A DNA stretch of 64,000 bases from an uncultured Planctomycetota bacterium (GTDB lineage Bacteria; Planctomycetota; Phycisphaerae; Tepidisphaerales; Tepidisphaeraceae). Position numbers and translations under genes: made by a program. Shown here piece by piece: positions 44,598-53,248 of the stretch (its first letter is position 1; every line of letters starts with the position of its first letter). The stretch is from assembly GCA_963841915.1 (NCBI GenBank), contig CAWJEN010000006.1, positions 672,001 through 736,000 of the forward strand, written 5' to 3'. Below the pieces are notes generated by a model, which saw nothing but the letters and a program-made list of their open reading frames with translations, did not search any database and had not been told where the DNA came from.

Positions 44598-46661
44598 TCA
44601 TGCAGTCGCTGAGACGATGGCGACGCCGAACGCTTCGAGGGTGCACCGCTGGCCCGCGTCGATGTCGCGGGTGAGTTCGCGTCCCGGTGGCAGGTCGACG
44701 TCGACCGCGTCAATGCCTTCGTTGAGGAAGAAGTGCAGCACGCGGCCGCCTTGTCCGACGCGACGGGTGTAACCGACGCGGGCGTCGAGGCGATCGGGCC
44801 TCAGTCGCTCGACGGATGAGGCCATCGCCGGCAGCAGGGCGTCTGCAACGTCGGCGGTGAGGTAGGTGCCGACGTAGACGACTCGGCCCTGGCCCACGGT
44901 GTGTCGCGTGACGGCCGCCTGTCCGGCGAACGGGCCGCCGAGCCACGTGGCGACGACGTCGGCGGTCGTGGGTTGCAGCAATTCGTACCAATGCTCCGCG
45001 GCGACGGGCGTATCTCCGACGCGGATGGTCATGCCGCGTCCGCCGGTGTTGAGGCGGCCGTACTCACTGACGGTCATGCCGCACAGGTCGCTCAGCACGC
45101 CCGGTCTGGACGCGCCGGTGAGATTGTTGTCGACATCGCGGCTGGCGGTGCGGGCCCCGACGACGAGCGTGCCACCTTGCTCGACCCATGTGCGGAGCGG
45201 CTCGACCCATGCCGGATCGAACGTCGTCCAGTGGGGAAGGACGTAGAGCCCGACGCCGGTGAGGTCGTCTGCCGGGTGGACGCAGCCCGGGGTCAGGCCC
45301 AGCCGCAGCATGGCGGCATGCGTGGTTTCGGCCATGTTGTCCGGAGACGGCAGGCCCAGCGTGTAGGCCAGGTACGCATCGGTCGCCGCCGTTCCTGCAG
45401 ACGCGACGGCGGCGTCAATTGCAACGCTCGTGTCCAGGACGGCCGGACCGACGCGTTGCAGTTCGCCGCCGAGGGTGGTCGCTTCCTCGAAGCGTCGGCG
45501 TCCGACGTTGTCGTGGTCGATGAGGCCAAGCCACGCTTGTTCTGCTCCGAAGCGACACGTTCGCCAGCGAAAGAAGAGCAAGCTGTCGGCTCCGCGTGCG
45601 ATGGAGCGGTAGCACTGCTGCCGCATCTCACCGGGCAGCGGTTGCTCGAGCATGTAGTCGTTTTGCCCGCCGGCCCCGGCCTGATGTTCAAGGACAATGA
45701 AGTTGCCGCTCGACGCGCGGACGCGGTCAATATTGAATGCGTGACCCGCCGCCCGGCCGTCGGGGCCGCTGAACATGGGATAGGTGTCGAACCCGAGTAC
45801 GTCGAGGTCTGCGGTGAAGGGGCCGCGGTAGTCGAGGTGGCCGAAGACGCCGTTGTGCGTGATCCACCAGGAGGGGTTGATCTCCCGCAGGATTTCAACC
45901 TGGTCCCGCTGGAAGCGCGACACGCCGTCGCTGAGGAAGCGGAAGTAGGCGGCCGCGTGGGCGGGGTTGGGGTACGTCGGCGCGTCAGGCTTGGGCAGCG
46001 TGACGTCGTCGAACGTGTCGAACTGCTGGCTCCAGAAGGCGGTGCCCCACGTGCGGTTGAGGGTGTCGATGTCGCCGTACGTCCGCTCGCACCAGCGGCA
46101 GAACGCGTTCGCCGCAGCGGCGGAGTAGTCCTCGCTGAAGCCGCAGTGGAACTCGTTGTCGGTCTGCCATCCGACGACGCTTTCATGACCGTCGAAGTGC
46201 TCGGCCATCGCCCTCGTGATCCGGCGACTTTCGCGGCGGAAGCCTTCGTGAAAATGGGACGCGTGCTGCCGACTGCCGTGGACGAAGGCGAGGCCTGTCG
46301 CATTCGTACGCACCATGTCCGGAAACTCATTGAGCAAGCGTCTAGGCGGCGTCGCGGTAGGGGTGCAAAGGATCGCAGAAATGCCGACCCGCGACAGCAG
46401 TTTCAGCGTCTCGTCGAAGAGCGAAAAGTCGTAGGAGCCGGGTGTCGGCTCCATGACGCTCCACGCGAATTCGCCCATGCGGACGACGTTCATCCCCGCC
46501 GCGGCCATGCGGTCGGCGTCGCGGGCGCGGGTGTCGGCGTCCCAGTGCTCGGGGTAGTAGCAGACGCCGTAGTGGAAGCGATCGAACGCCGACGGTCGTC
46601 GATGCGAAAGGCCGCCGCGTCCGAGCGGCGGGGACAGCTCATGGGAAAGCGGCGTCGTCAC
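44598..46661 (-). CDS. beta-galactosidase (GH42)
   Basis: YGVCYYPEHW, VVRMGEFAWS..EP, TPTATPP, WQTDNE, WGTAFWSQ, FFRWR..RFGAEQ. Confidence 0.93.
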   Translation of the reverse strand: MTTPLSHELSPPLGRGGLSHRRPSAFDRFHYGVCYYPEHWDADTRARDADRMAAAGMNVVRMGEFAWSVMEPTPGSYDFSLFDETLKLLSRVGISAILCTPTATPPRRLLNEFPDMVRTNATGLAFVHGSRQHASHFHEGFRRESRRITRAMAEHFDGHESVVGWQTDNEFHCGFSEDYSAAAANAFCRWCERTYGDIDTLNRTWGTAFWSQQFDTFDDVTLPKPDAPTYPNPAHAAAYFRFLSDGVSRFQRDQVEILREINPSWWITHNGVFGHLDYRGPFTADLDVLGFDTYPMFSGPDGRAAGHAFNIDRVRASSGNFIVLEHQAGAGGQNDYMLEQPLPGEMRQQCYRSIARGADSLLFFRWRTCRFGAEQAWLGLIDHDNVGRRRFEEATTLGGELQRVGPAVLDTSVAIDAAVASAGTAATDAYLAYTLGLPSPDNMAETTHAAMLRLGLTPGCVHPADDLTGVGLYVLPHWTTFDPAWVEPLRTWVEQGGTLVVGARTASRDVDNNLTGASRPGVLSDLCGMTVSEYGRLNTGGRGMTIRVGDTPVAAEHWYELLQPTTADVVATWLGGPFAGQAAVTRHTVGQGRVVYVGTYLTADVADALLPAMASSVERLRPDRLDARVGYTRRVGQGGRVLHFFLNEGIDAVDVDLPPGRELTRDIDAGQRCTLEAFGVAIVSATA

Positions 46662-46712
46662 GCGCGCACGTTACGCCGGCTAAGGCCGATCGGCGGTAGT
46701 GGCGTAAGCGGA

Positions 46713-47366
46713 TCAGCTTGAGGCCAGCCGCTGCATCGCCGCCCGGTCGTCGGTGTTGAACGCTCCGTCTTCGTGGGCACACAGCTTGGCCACCCGCCGC
46801 ACGTGTCGCCCGCCGCTGAAGGCGGTCTCCAAGAACGTTTCGACCACGCGATAGAGCGTCTTTTCTCCAATAAGGTCAACGCCGACGCAAAGGGCGTTGC
46901 AGTGGTTGTGCTCCCGGGCGATGCGAGCGGTGATCTCGTCGTGGCAGGTAGCGGCTCGAATGCCACGCACCTTGTTGGCGGCGATGCCCATGCCGATACC
47001 ACTGCCGTCGAGCAGAATAGCGGCGTCGTAGTCACCTTCTGCCACCCGCACCGCCGCGGGAATGGCGTAATCCGGGTAGTCACAAGCTCTTGTGTCATCC
47101 TCGCAGCCGAAGTCGAGGATGACGCGGTCGGGCATGTCGCAACGAAGCCGGTCGAGTAATCGACACTTGGCTCTGAAGCCGCGGTGATCGCTGGCGACAA
47201 TGACGCGGGTTAGCACGCTTCCGGAGCCGTCGATGCCGTTATCGGCAAAGGCAGCCAGGGCACCGCCGTTGCTCTTGGAGCGTGAAGTTGGCAAAGCTGG
47301 GGCATCCGTTGCCGCCGCCGAGTAGGCCATAGCACTTTTGGTTGCCGACGTTGTCGTCTCGCTCAT
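46713..47366 (-). CDS. rpiB: ribose 5-phosphate isomerase B family protein
   Basis: ASDHRG, DYPDYA, GSGIGM.IAANKVRGIRA, AREHNHCN, F.GGRH.RRV. Confidence 0.88.
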   Translation of the reverse strand: MSETTTSATKSAMAYSAAATDAPALPTSRSKSNGGALAAFADNGIDGSGSVLTRVIVASDHRGFRAKCRLLDRLRCDMPDRVILDFGCEDDTRACDYPDYAIPAAVRVAEGDYDAAILLDGSGIGMGIAANKVRGIRAATCHDEITARIAREHNHCNALCVGVDLIGEKTLYRVVETFLETAFSGGRHVRRVAKLCAHEDGAFNTDDRAAMQRLASS

Positions 47367-47653
47367 CGTGGTCCTTTCCTTGGCCGCGTGTTGTTCCACT
47401 GAATCTTCTGCATCTCACCCCTATATCGGCCTTCGCAGCGGACGTCTGTGCTGTCGATTTCGCTCGCCGCCCATAGGCGGGGGCTTCACCATACCACAAG
47501 GTCACCGATGCTGTCGCCGCTGCATCTGCGACGGGCTGCTTGTGGATAGATGGTCAAGCCGTTCTGCCTGTACAGACACCCTTCCCCGCATCGGCGGGCG
47601 TGGCCTTGTCCGTTCTGGCATTCATGCAAGTTGTCCCGACACCACAGCGGATG

Positions 47654-48793
47654 TCAGCCCGCAAGCGCGGCAGCATCGTCAAGCCGCTTCTGAACAAGAC
47701 CTTCAAGGCGACCGGCCATGCGACGGTATGTCGCCGCGTCGCTGCCGATCGGGTCTTCGATATCGCCCTGAGGGTCGAGCATCATCGTCTTGTCTGCCGC
47801 CGACGGCACCATCGCCTCGACCATGTCACGGTGCCCACGCCCCATCGTGATGATGAGGTCTGCCCGGTTGATAAGGGCGACATCGACCGGCTGGCTGCGG
47901 TGGGAGCTGAGGTCACCGCCCAGGTCAGCCACCGCGTCCGCCGCGGCCGGGGTGGCCCGCATGCCCGGCATGGCACCGGTGCCTGCTGAAATGACTTCAA
48001 AACCCTTATCGCCGAGCGTTTCGACGGTCACGCCGAGTTTCTTGGCGAGAATCTTGCGACCCATCGCCATGGCCATCGGGCTGCGGCACGTGTTGCCGCT
48101 GCAGACGAAAAGCACGGTCGTTCGCAGCAGCCGCTCGACGATGCGTCGGTCGTAGATTCCCTCACGCACCACGTCCCAGGACGAGCCATCGGCACCAACA
48201 CGAATAACAGTGCTCGGCCGCGCATAACGCGTTGGGCCGGCATCGATCAGCAGGTTAACGCCCAACGGCTCGAGCTCTTCCACCGTTGGTGGCTTCGTCG
48301 CAGGCCCCTTCGGCAGCCCCGCACGCGTCAAGATGGTCGGCTGCCCCGCACCCCGAAGCACCTCACGCGCGAACGGATCATCCGGACATCGCAGCGTGAT
48401 GCGGCCGTCGTCGGCAAACAGCTCGCCCTCCGCAAGCCCCAGTGACTTCGCGGCGGCCTGACGTTTGGCTTCGTCCGGCTGCTCGAACACCAGGGCGACC
48501 GGTCCCGGCCACAGCTTCTGGACGAGCTTGCTGCCCGCTTCGCCTGGATCGATGTCGAATAACGACAGGTCAGTCGGTTCGGCCAGGTGGGGCGTCAGCG
48601 GACCCGTTGCACCGCCACGCAGCGTGGCTAGCGCGTCACGGGCGACGGCGACGTCGGGCTTGGCGGCCAGGCCGTAGACGGTTTCGGTCGGCAGGGCGAC
48701 GACGCCGCCCTCGCGTAGCACACCAGCCGCATCGGTGGCGGCCTGGCGGGGGTCGATCGTGTAGTCGTTTAAATCAACGCGGCGAATCGGCAT
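47654..48793 (-). CDS. Sua5/TsaC-like domain fused to low-molecular-weight protein (Arg/Tyr) phosphatase
   Basis: ALPTETVYGL, LWPGP, LRCP, PSTVI; then VLFVCSGNTCRSPMA and DIEDPIG. Confidence 0.88.
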   Translation of the reverse strand: MPIRRVDLNDYTIDPRQAATDAAGVLREGGVVALPTETVYGLAAKPDVAVARDALATLRGGATGPLTPHLAEPTDLSLFDIDPGEAGSKLVQKLWPGPVALVFEQPDEAKRQAAAKSLGLAEGELFADDGRITLRCPDDPFAREVLRGAGQPTILTRAGLPKGPATKPPTVEELEPLGVNLLIDAGPTRYARPSTVIRVGADGSSWDVVREGIYDRRIVERLLRTTVLFVCSGNTCRSPMAMAMGRKILAKKLGVTVETLGDKGFEVISAGTGAMPGMRATPAAADAVADLGGDLSSHRSQPVDVALINRADLIITMGRGHRDMVEAMVPSAADKTMMLDPQGDIEDPIGSDAATYRRMAGRLEGLVQKRLDDAAALAG

Positions 48794-49070
48794 GGTGGCG
48801 GCTGAGCGGGTGCGAACTGGCCCCGCACGCTAGGGACGCCAATCTTTCGGTACCGGGAGCAGGGGGTCAGGAGTCGCCCGCTCGGACCGCTTTCGATGTG
48901 CGGACGCATGCTGCCGCGGGCGACGCCTGAGCCCATTCGATCCGCCAGAGAAGTTGGTGCCACGGTCTCAGACGCCGTCTGCGGCGGGCAGACCGTGTCG
49001 GGCCTCGTGGCGTCACCGACACGGTTTGCCCGCATCGGAATGCGGCTCAAACCGTGGCACCTTCTCGGCC

Positions 49071-50177
49071 TCAGCGTGACGGCCGCGAGGCGGGGCGGGT
49101 GGTCAGCTTCTGCGTGACGTGCTCCGGCGGCCGCTCGTACTCGCCCTGCGATTCGGCCCACGCCTGCCGCCAGGCGGTTTCGACAGTCGCAACACCATCC
49201 AGTACTCCACCGACCTTCACGCGAAGGACGCTCGGCCGAATTCCCTCTTTCTGATAAGTCGCGAAGGTCTCTATCGCGTCAGGTGCGGCAAGAGCTGCGA
49301 GCGCAGCCTCCCCAAGCAAGGGTAGAAAGCGATAGATGTAGAGGCTCGTCGTCAACGTCGATTCGAAGGGGTCACGCAGACTCAAATACGGAATTTCATT
49401 CTCCATCTCCTGTCGCATTGCAGCTCCTTCAGCTTCCGCGTTTAGGTATGACTGCACAAGGTCCTCCCGCAGCTCTGGCCACTTCGGCGGCTGGCCGTCG
49501 TCGATGAAGCCGTACTCCATCCACCCGTGCACGTTGGGCCGCTCGTTCCTGGGCAGGTGCTCGAAGTAGCTGTGGCTGCGGAAATCCACCGTCGCGTGGT
49601 GCGGCTGCGTGTTGTCTTGCAGGTAGTGGGCCAAATAGCCGGCCCAAATCATGGCTGATTCGTCGTCGCCGGTGGCAAAGGCCTTTACCAGTTCGTTGTA
49701 ACACTGCTCCACCCGGAACGGCAGGAAGCCGGCCTCCTTGAACCGCTCGTCGTCAGGGTCCCGCGGAATGTCGCCCAAGCCCGGCAGGCCGCTGAGGTCG
49801 TCGAAGTAGCGACGCTTCTCAGGGTCCTTGTTGAACAGCTCCAGGTCGATGAAGTGCATCTTGGCTTCAACAGTGTCGAAGGCAGGCACGTAGGTCGAGC
49901 GATTGAAATCCGGGTGCATCGCCCAGTAAGCCAGCCCCTCGTAACCCTCAGGATTGGGGCCGACGTGCGTGTTCATGACGAAGTCGTGCAGGTGGAAGTC
50001 CTCTGCCTCGGGGCAGTGCTTGCGGACGAAGTCCTTGAGCCCGGCCGGCGCTTCGTCGTCCGCCAGGATCCGCTGGGCAGCCAAGCGGGTCATGAGGATG
50101 TGCTCCTTGTACGACCACGCCGAAGCCGGCAGGGCGAACACGAGCAACGTCAACGCGAATGCGAGCAGTCGAAGCAT
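49071..50177 (-). CDS. secreted S1/P1 nuclease or zinc phospholipase C-like protein
   Basis: signal peptide ending ASA/W; W...EH, HFID, AHYLQD..QPHH, VH...E zinc ligands. Confidence 0.75.
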   Translation of the reverse strand: MLRLLAFALTLLVFALPASAWSYKEHILMTRLAAQRILADDEAPAGLKDFVRKHCPEAEDFHLHDFVMNTHVGPNPEGYEGLAYWAMHPDFNRSTYVPAFDTVEAKMHFIDLELFNKDPEKRRYFDDLSGLPGLGDIPRDPDDERFKEAGFLPFRVEQCYNELVKAFATGDDESAMIWAGYLAHYLQDNTQPHHATVDFRSHSYFEHLPRNERPNVHGWMEYGFIDDGQPPKWPELREDLVQSYLNAEAEGAAMRQEMENEIPYLSLRDPFESTLTTSLYIYRFLPLLGEAALAALAAPDAIETFATYQKEGIRPSVLRVKVGGVLDGVATVETAWRQAWAESQGEYERPPEHVTQKLTTRPASRPSR

Positions 50178-50186
50178 GGCTTGAGT

Positions 50187-50738
50187 TTACAGCGTCTCGA
50201 GCCAGTACTTGAAGTCGATAAAGAGCTTGGCCATCGCGTCGGGCGAGTAATGGGCGTTGAGGCCGCTGGGATTAGGCAGCACGTACAGACGCGTCGGGCC
50301 GAGCGTGACGTCCTGCGGCCCGAGCTTGGCCTTCTTCATCCCAAACCCGGTGCGAAACGCGCCGATGCCGAGCATGGCGATCGCCTGCGGCTTATATCTG
50401 CGACACTTCTTTTCCAGCAGTTCCACGCCTGCGGGGTACTCCTCATTGTTCAGCTCCGCGGCACTGGCCGTTGCGCGGGCGACGAGGTTCGTGACGCCAA
50501 GGCCATGCTTCAACAGCTCTACATTCTGTCCCGGTGACAGCTGCTGAGGAGTGAAGCCCGCCCGCGCCAGGGACGGCCAGAAGCGGTTACCGGGAGTCGC
50601 AAAGTGTGCCCGGTCGGCCGCACTTGAAAGCGACGGATTGATTCCGCAGAAGATCGCCCGAAGGTTTGGCCCGATGATGTCGGGCACCGTTTTGTCTTGA
50701 AAAGCAGCCAATGCGTCACGACTCAGCCGCTTTGCCAT
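50187..50738 (-). CDS. mug: G/U mismatch-specific DNA glycosylase
   Basis: FCGINP, HFA.PGNRFW, G.TNLVAR.T, LPNPSGLNA. Confidence 0.92.
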   Translation of the reverse strand: MAKRLSRDALAAFQDKTVPDIIGPNLRAIFCGINPSLSSAADRAHFATPGNRFWPSLARAGFTPQQLSPGQNVELLKHGLGVTNLVARATASAAELNNEEYPAGVELLEKKCRRYKPQAIAMLGIGAFRTGFGMKKAKLGPQDVTLGPTRLYVLPNPSGLNAHYSPDAMAKLFIDFKYWLETL

Positions 50739-50746
50739 GCAGAAGT

Positions 50747-51883
50747 CTAGCCGACGGCGACATTCACCCCAGGCCGCGAGACGGCCCACCACAGCACGCT
50801 CATGGAAGCTAGTCGACCGACGACCATCGTTGCCGCCAGCACCCAACCGTCTGCCCCGGCCGCATCGGGCGAGCCGGCGGCGTGGTTGGCCAAGGCTGAC
50901 GCCGACGTGAAGAGCACGACATCCAATGCCGCCTGTGGCCACGCAAGGCGAAGGCTGATGACCGCCGCTGTGTAGAGCAGCACAAAGACACCAACCCACG
51001 CGATCGCAACGCCGACGGAGCGGTCGACAAGCGTGCCGCGGAGCAGTCGACATACTGCAACGGCCAGCACGATCAGCGTCGTCATCTTCAAGCCGCCACC
51101 GACGCCACCGGCGGTCGACCCGATCAGCACCAGTGGCAACATCGCCAGGCGACCTGGCTCGGACGACGGCTCATCGATGAATCCGCCCGCCCAACCGTCT
51201 GCCGCCAACGCAGGAACACCCAGGGCAAAAGCGATTGGCAGCCCGACGGCAAAGGCGATCGCAACGCCGACACAGGTCAGGCGAACCTGCGGGTCGAGAA
51301 CCTTGCCGCCGATGAAGCGTGCGACGAGCGTCGGGCCGACGAGGCCAACGAGGGACAGGGGCACGAGCGTCAACCAGAAGGCCGCACCGGTGGCCGAGGC
51401 GGCTTCGGGTAGCCAACCGCTCCCGCCGAGCGATGATGCCTTCGTCGCTGCACCCCCGTCAACGAGGACAAGCACAGCCCACAAGGTCCCAGGTAAAGCC
51501 GCGACGGCGAGCCAGGTGTGCAGTCGAGCCGTCTTCCCCGCCAGATGCATCAGGGCTGCGACGCCGAACGTCGCGATGCTCGTTGCAGCCAGCAGCGCCA
51601 CGACGGTGCTGGCGGACGTCGGCGTTGCCCAGTCGACTCGAAAGCCACTGAGCGTGGTCACGCTGGTGGCAAGGAAGGCCGACCGCGAACCGGACAGCAC
51701 ATTGCCCGGCTGCGACGCGCCCTGAGCCATCGAGACGCCGCCGATGGCCAGCGTCAGCAGCCACGCTGCAACGCACGCCAAAGCAACGGCTGTGGGGCTG
51801 ATAGGGCGAGCGATCGACACCCCGGTTCTTAGCGCTCTAACAAGACGCCAAAGATTTAGCGACCCTACGAACGGGATGAGCAC
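50747..51883 (-). CDS. TrkH/KtrB-like cation transporter membrane protein (divergent)
   Basis: F...S..T..GF, IGSTAGGVGGGLKMTT, LF...SAL, M.VGRL; many TM segments. Confidence 0.6.
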   Translation of the reverse strand: MLIPFVGSLNLWRLVRALRTGVSIARPISPTAVALACVAAWLLTLAIGGVSMAQGASQPGNVLSGSRSAFLATSVTTLSGFRVDWATPTSASTVVALLAATSIATFGVAALMHLAGKTARLHTWLAVAALPGTLWAVLVLVDGGAATKASSLGGSGWLPEAASATGAAFWLTLVPLSLVGLVGPTLVARFIGGKVLDPQVRLTCVGVAIAFAVGLPIAFALGVPALAADGWAGGFIDEPSSEPGRLAMLPLVLIGSTAGGVGGGLKMTTLIVLAVAVCRLLRGTLVDRSVGVAIAWVGVFVLLYTAAVISLRLAWPQAALDVVLFTSASALANHAAGSPDAAGADGWVLAATMVVGRLASMSVLWWAVSRPGVNVAVG

Positions 51884-51892
51884 GCGCGGCGG

Positions 51893-52312
51893 GTGACCGT
51901 CGAGCGGGACGGGGACATCACGCGCGTGGTCGTGGCAATGACCGGGCTGTACGCACCGGTGCCGTCGTGGTTGGCTTCCATCGGCCTGTTAGCACTCATG
52001 GTCGTCCCGGTGTGGGTCGTGGGAACCTTGGTGGTGCGGGCGTTGCGCGGGCTTGAGAAGCCGCCGCGGGCGGTGTTTGAGGTCGATGCGGATCGCGTGA
52101 CGCTGCTTCTGCGGGATTCCGAGTCGGGGCAGCTGACACGGCACGACTGGCCGCGGGCGAGTGTGGCGGCCTTGCGGGCGAATCGATACGGGCGGGGGCT
52201 GTGGGTCGACGTGCCCGGGCACATGAAAGAGACACTGCTCACCGACGAATCGAAGACGACGATCAATCGACTGGCGTTCGTGCTGACGGAGGCACTGGAG
52301 CAACAGGGCTGA
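51893..52312 (+). CDS. hypothetical membrane protein
   Basis: ORF with hydrophobic segment filling the intergenic space; no motif recognised. Confidence 0.5.
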   Translation: MTVERDGDITRVVVAMTGLYAPVPSWLASIGLLALMVVPVWVVGTLVVRALRGLEKPPRAVFEVDADRVTLLLRDSESGQLTRHDWPRASVAALRANRYGRGLWVDVPGHMKETLLTDESKTTINRLAFVLTEALEQQG

Positions 52313-52333
52313 ACAAGTCGCGACCTTCGGGCA

Positions 52334-53176
52334 TCAGTCGCCGTCGGCGGCAGTTTCGAGGTGCTCCTTGAAGAAAGCGATCGTCCGAGTCCACGCGGCT
52401 TGGGCGGCCTTGGCGTTGGCGCCGTCGCGGGCGCTCTGTTGACGCAGGAAGCCGTGACCGGCGCCGTCGTAGATGACAGGCTCGTAGCTCTTGCCTGCGT
52501 CGGTCATAGCTTTGGCGGTCGGTTCGACGGTGCTGGTAACGCGGGTGTCGTCGCTGCCGTAAAGGCCCAGGACAGGGATCTCGATTTCGTCAAGGTCGTC
52601 GTCAGGCGCGGTGCCGTAGTAGACCACTGCCGCTTGGACCTCGTCGGCGTCGACCTCGGTGGCGTAGGCGAAGCTTTGCGAACCGCCCCAGCAGAAACCG
52701 ACGACGCCGGTCGTGCCGCTGGCGGCGGGTAGGGCGACTGCGTACTCGCGGACGGCATCGAGGCGATCTTCGACGGCGTCGTCGTCGAGCTGCCGGATCG
52801 CCTGCCGTACTTGGCCCTCGGGAAAGCTGTCGGTGCCGCCGTCGTCTGGGCCCATGCCGCTGAGCATGTCGGGGGCGATCGCGATGAATCCCTCGGCTGC
52901 GAGTTGATCGGCGACGCCGCGAATCCAGTCGCTTTGCCCGAAAATCTCGTGAATGACGATGACGACGGGCGCCTTGTCCGGCCGCTCGGGGTAGACGACG
53001 TAGCTGACGATCGGAGCGCCGTCGTCAAATGGAACGTCGACCGACTCGCCGTGACGCGGCGACGCGGCCAAGGCGGCGGCAGCTCCGTCTCCGTCGGCCG
53101 GCAGCGCCTGCTCCTGTGCAAGCGCGGGGACGACAGCCAACAGGACGGAGAAAACGCTTGCGTGCAGGGGGTTCAT
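52334..53176 (-). CDS. dienelactone hydrolase family protein (exported)
   Basis: VIHEIFG, GVVGFCWGG, YYG, GAGHGF; signal peptide. Confidence 0.9.
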   Translation of the reverse strand: MNPLHASVFSVLLAVVPALAQEQALPADGDGAAAALAASPRHGESVDVPFDDGAPIVSYVVYPERPDKAPVVIVIHEIFGQSDWIRGVADQLAAEGFIAIAPDMLSGMGPDDGGTDSFPEGQVRQAIRQLDDDAVEDRLDAVREYAVALPAASGTTGVVGFCWGGSQSFAYATEVDADEVQAAVVYYGTAPDDDLDEIEIPVLGLYGSDDTRVTSTVEPTAKAMTDAGKSYEPVIYDGAGHGFLRQQSARDGANAKAAQAAWTRTIAFFKEHLETAADGD

Positions 53177-53248
53177 GCAGACTCCTCTTGTAGAAACAGC
53201 AGGTCGCCCCATGCTACGACGGTGGCACGTGGCGGCATCACGTCAGCC

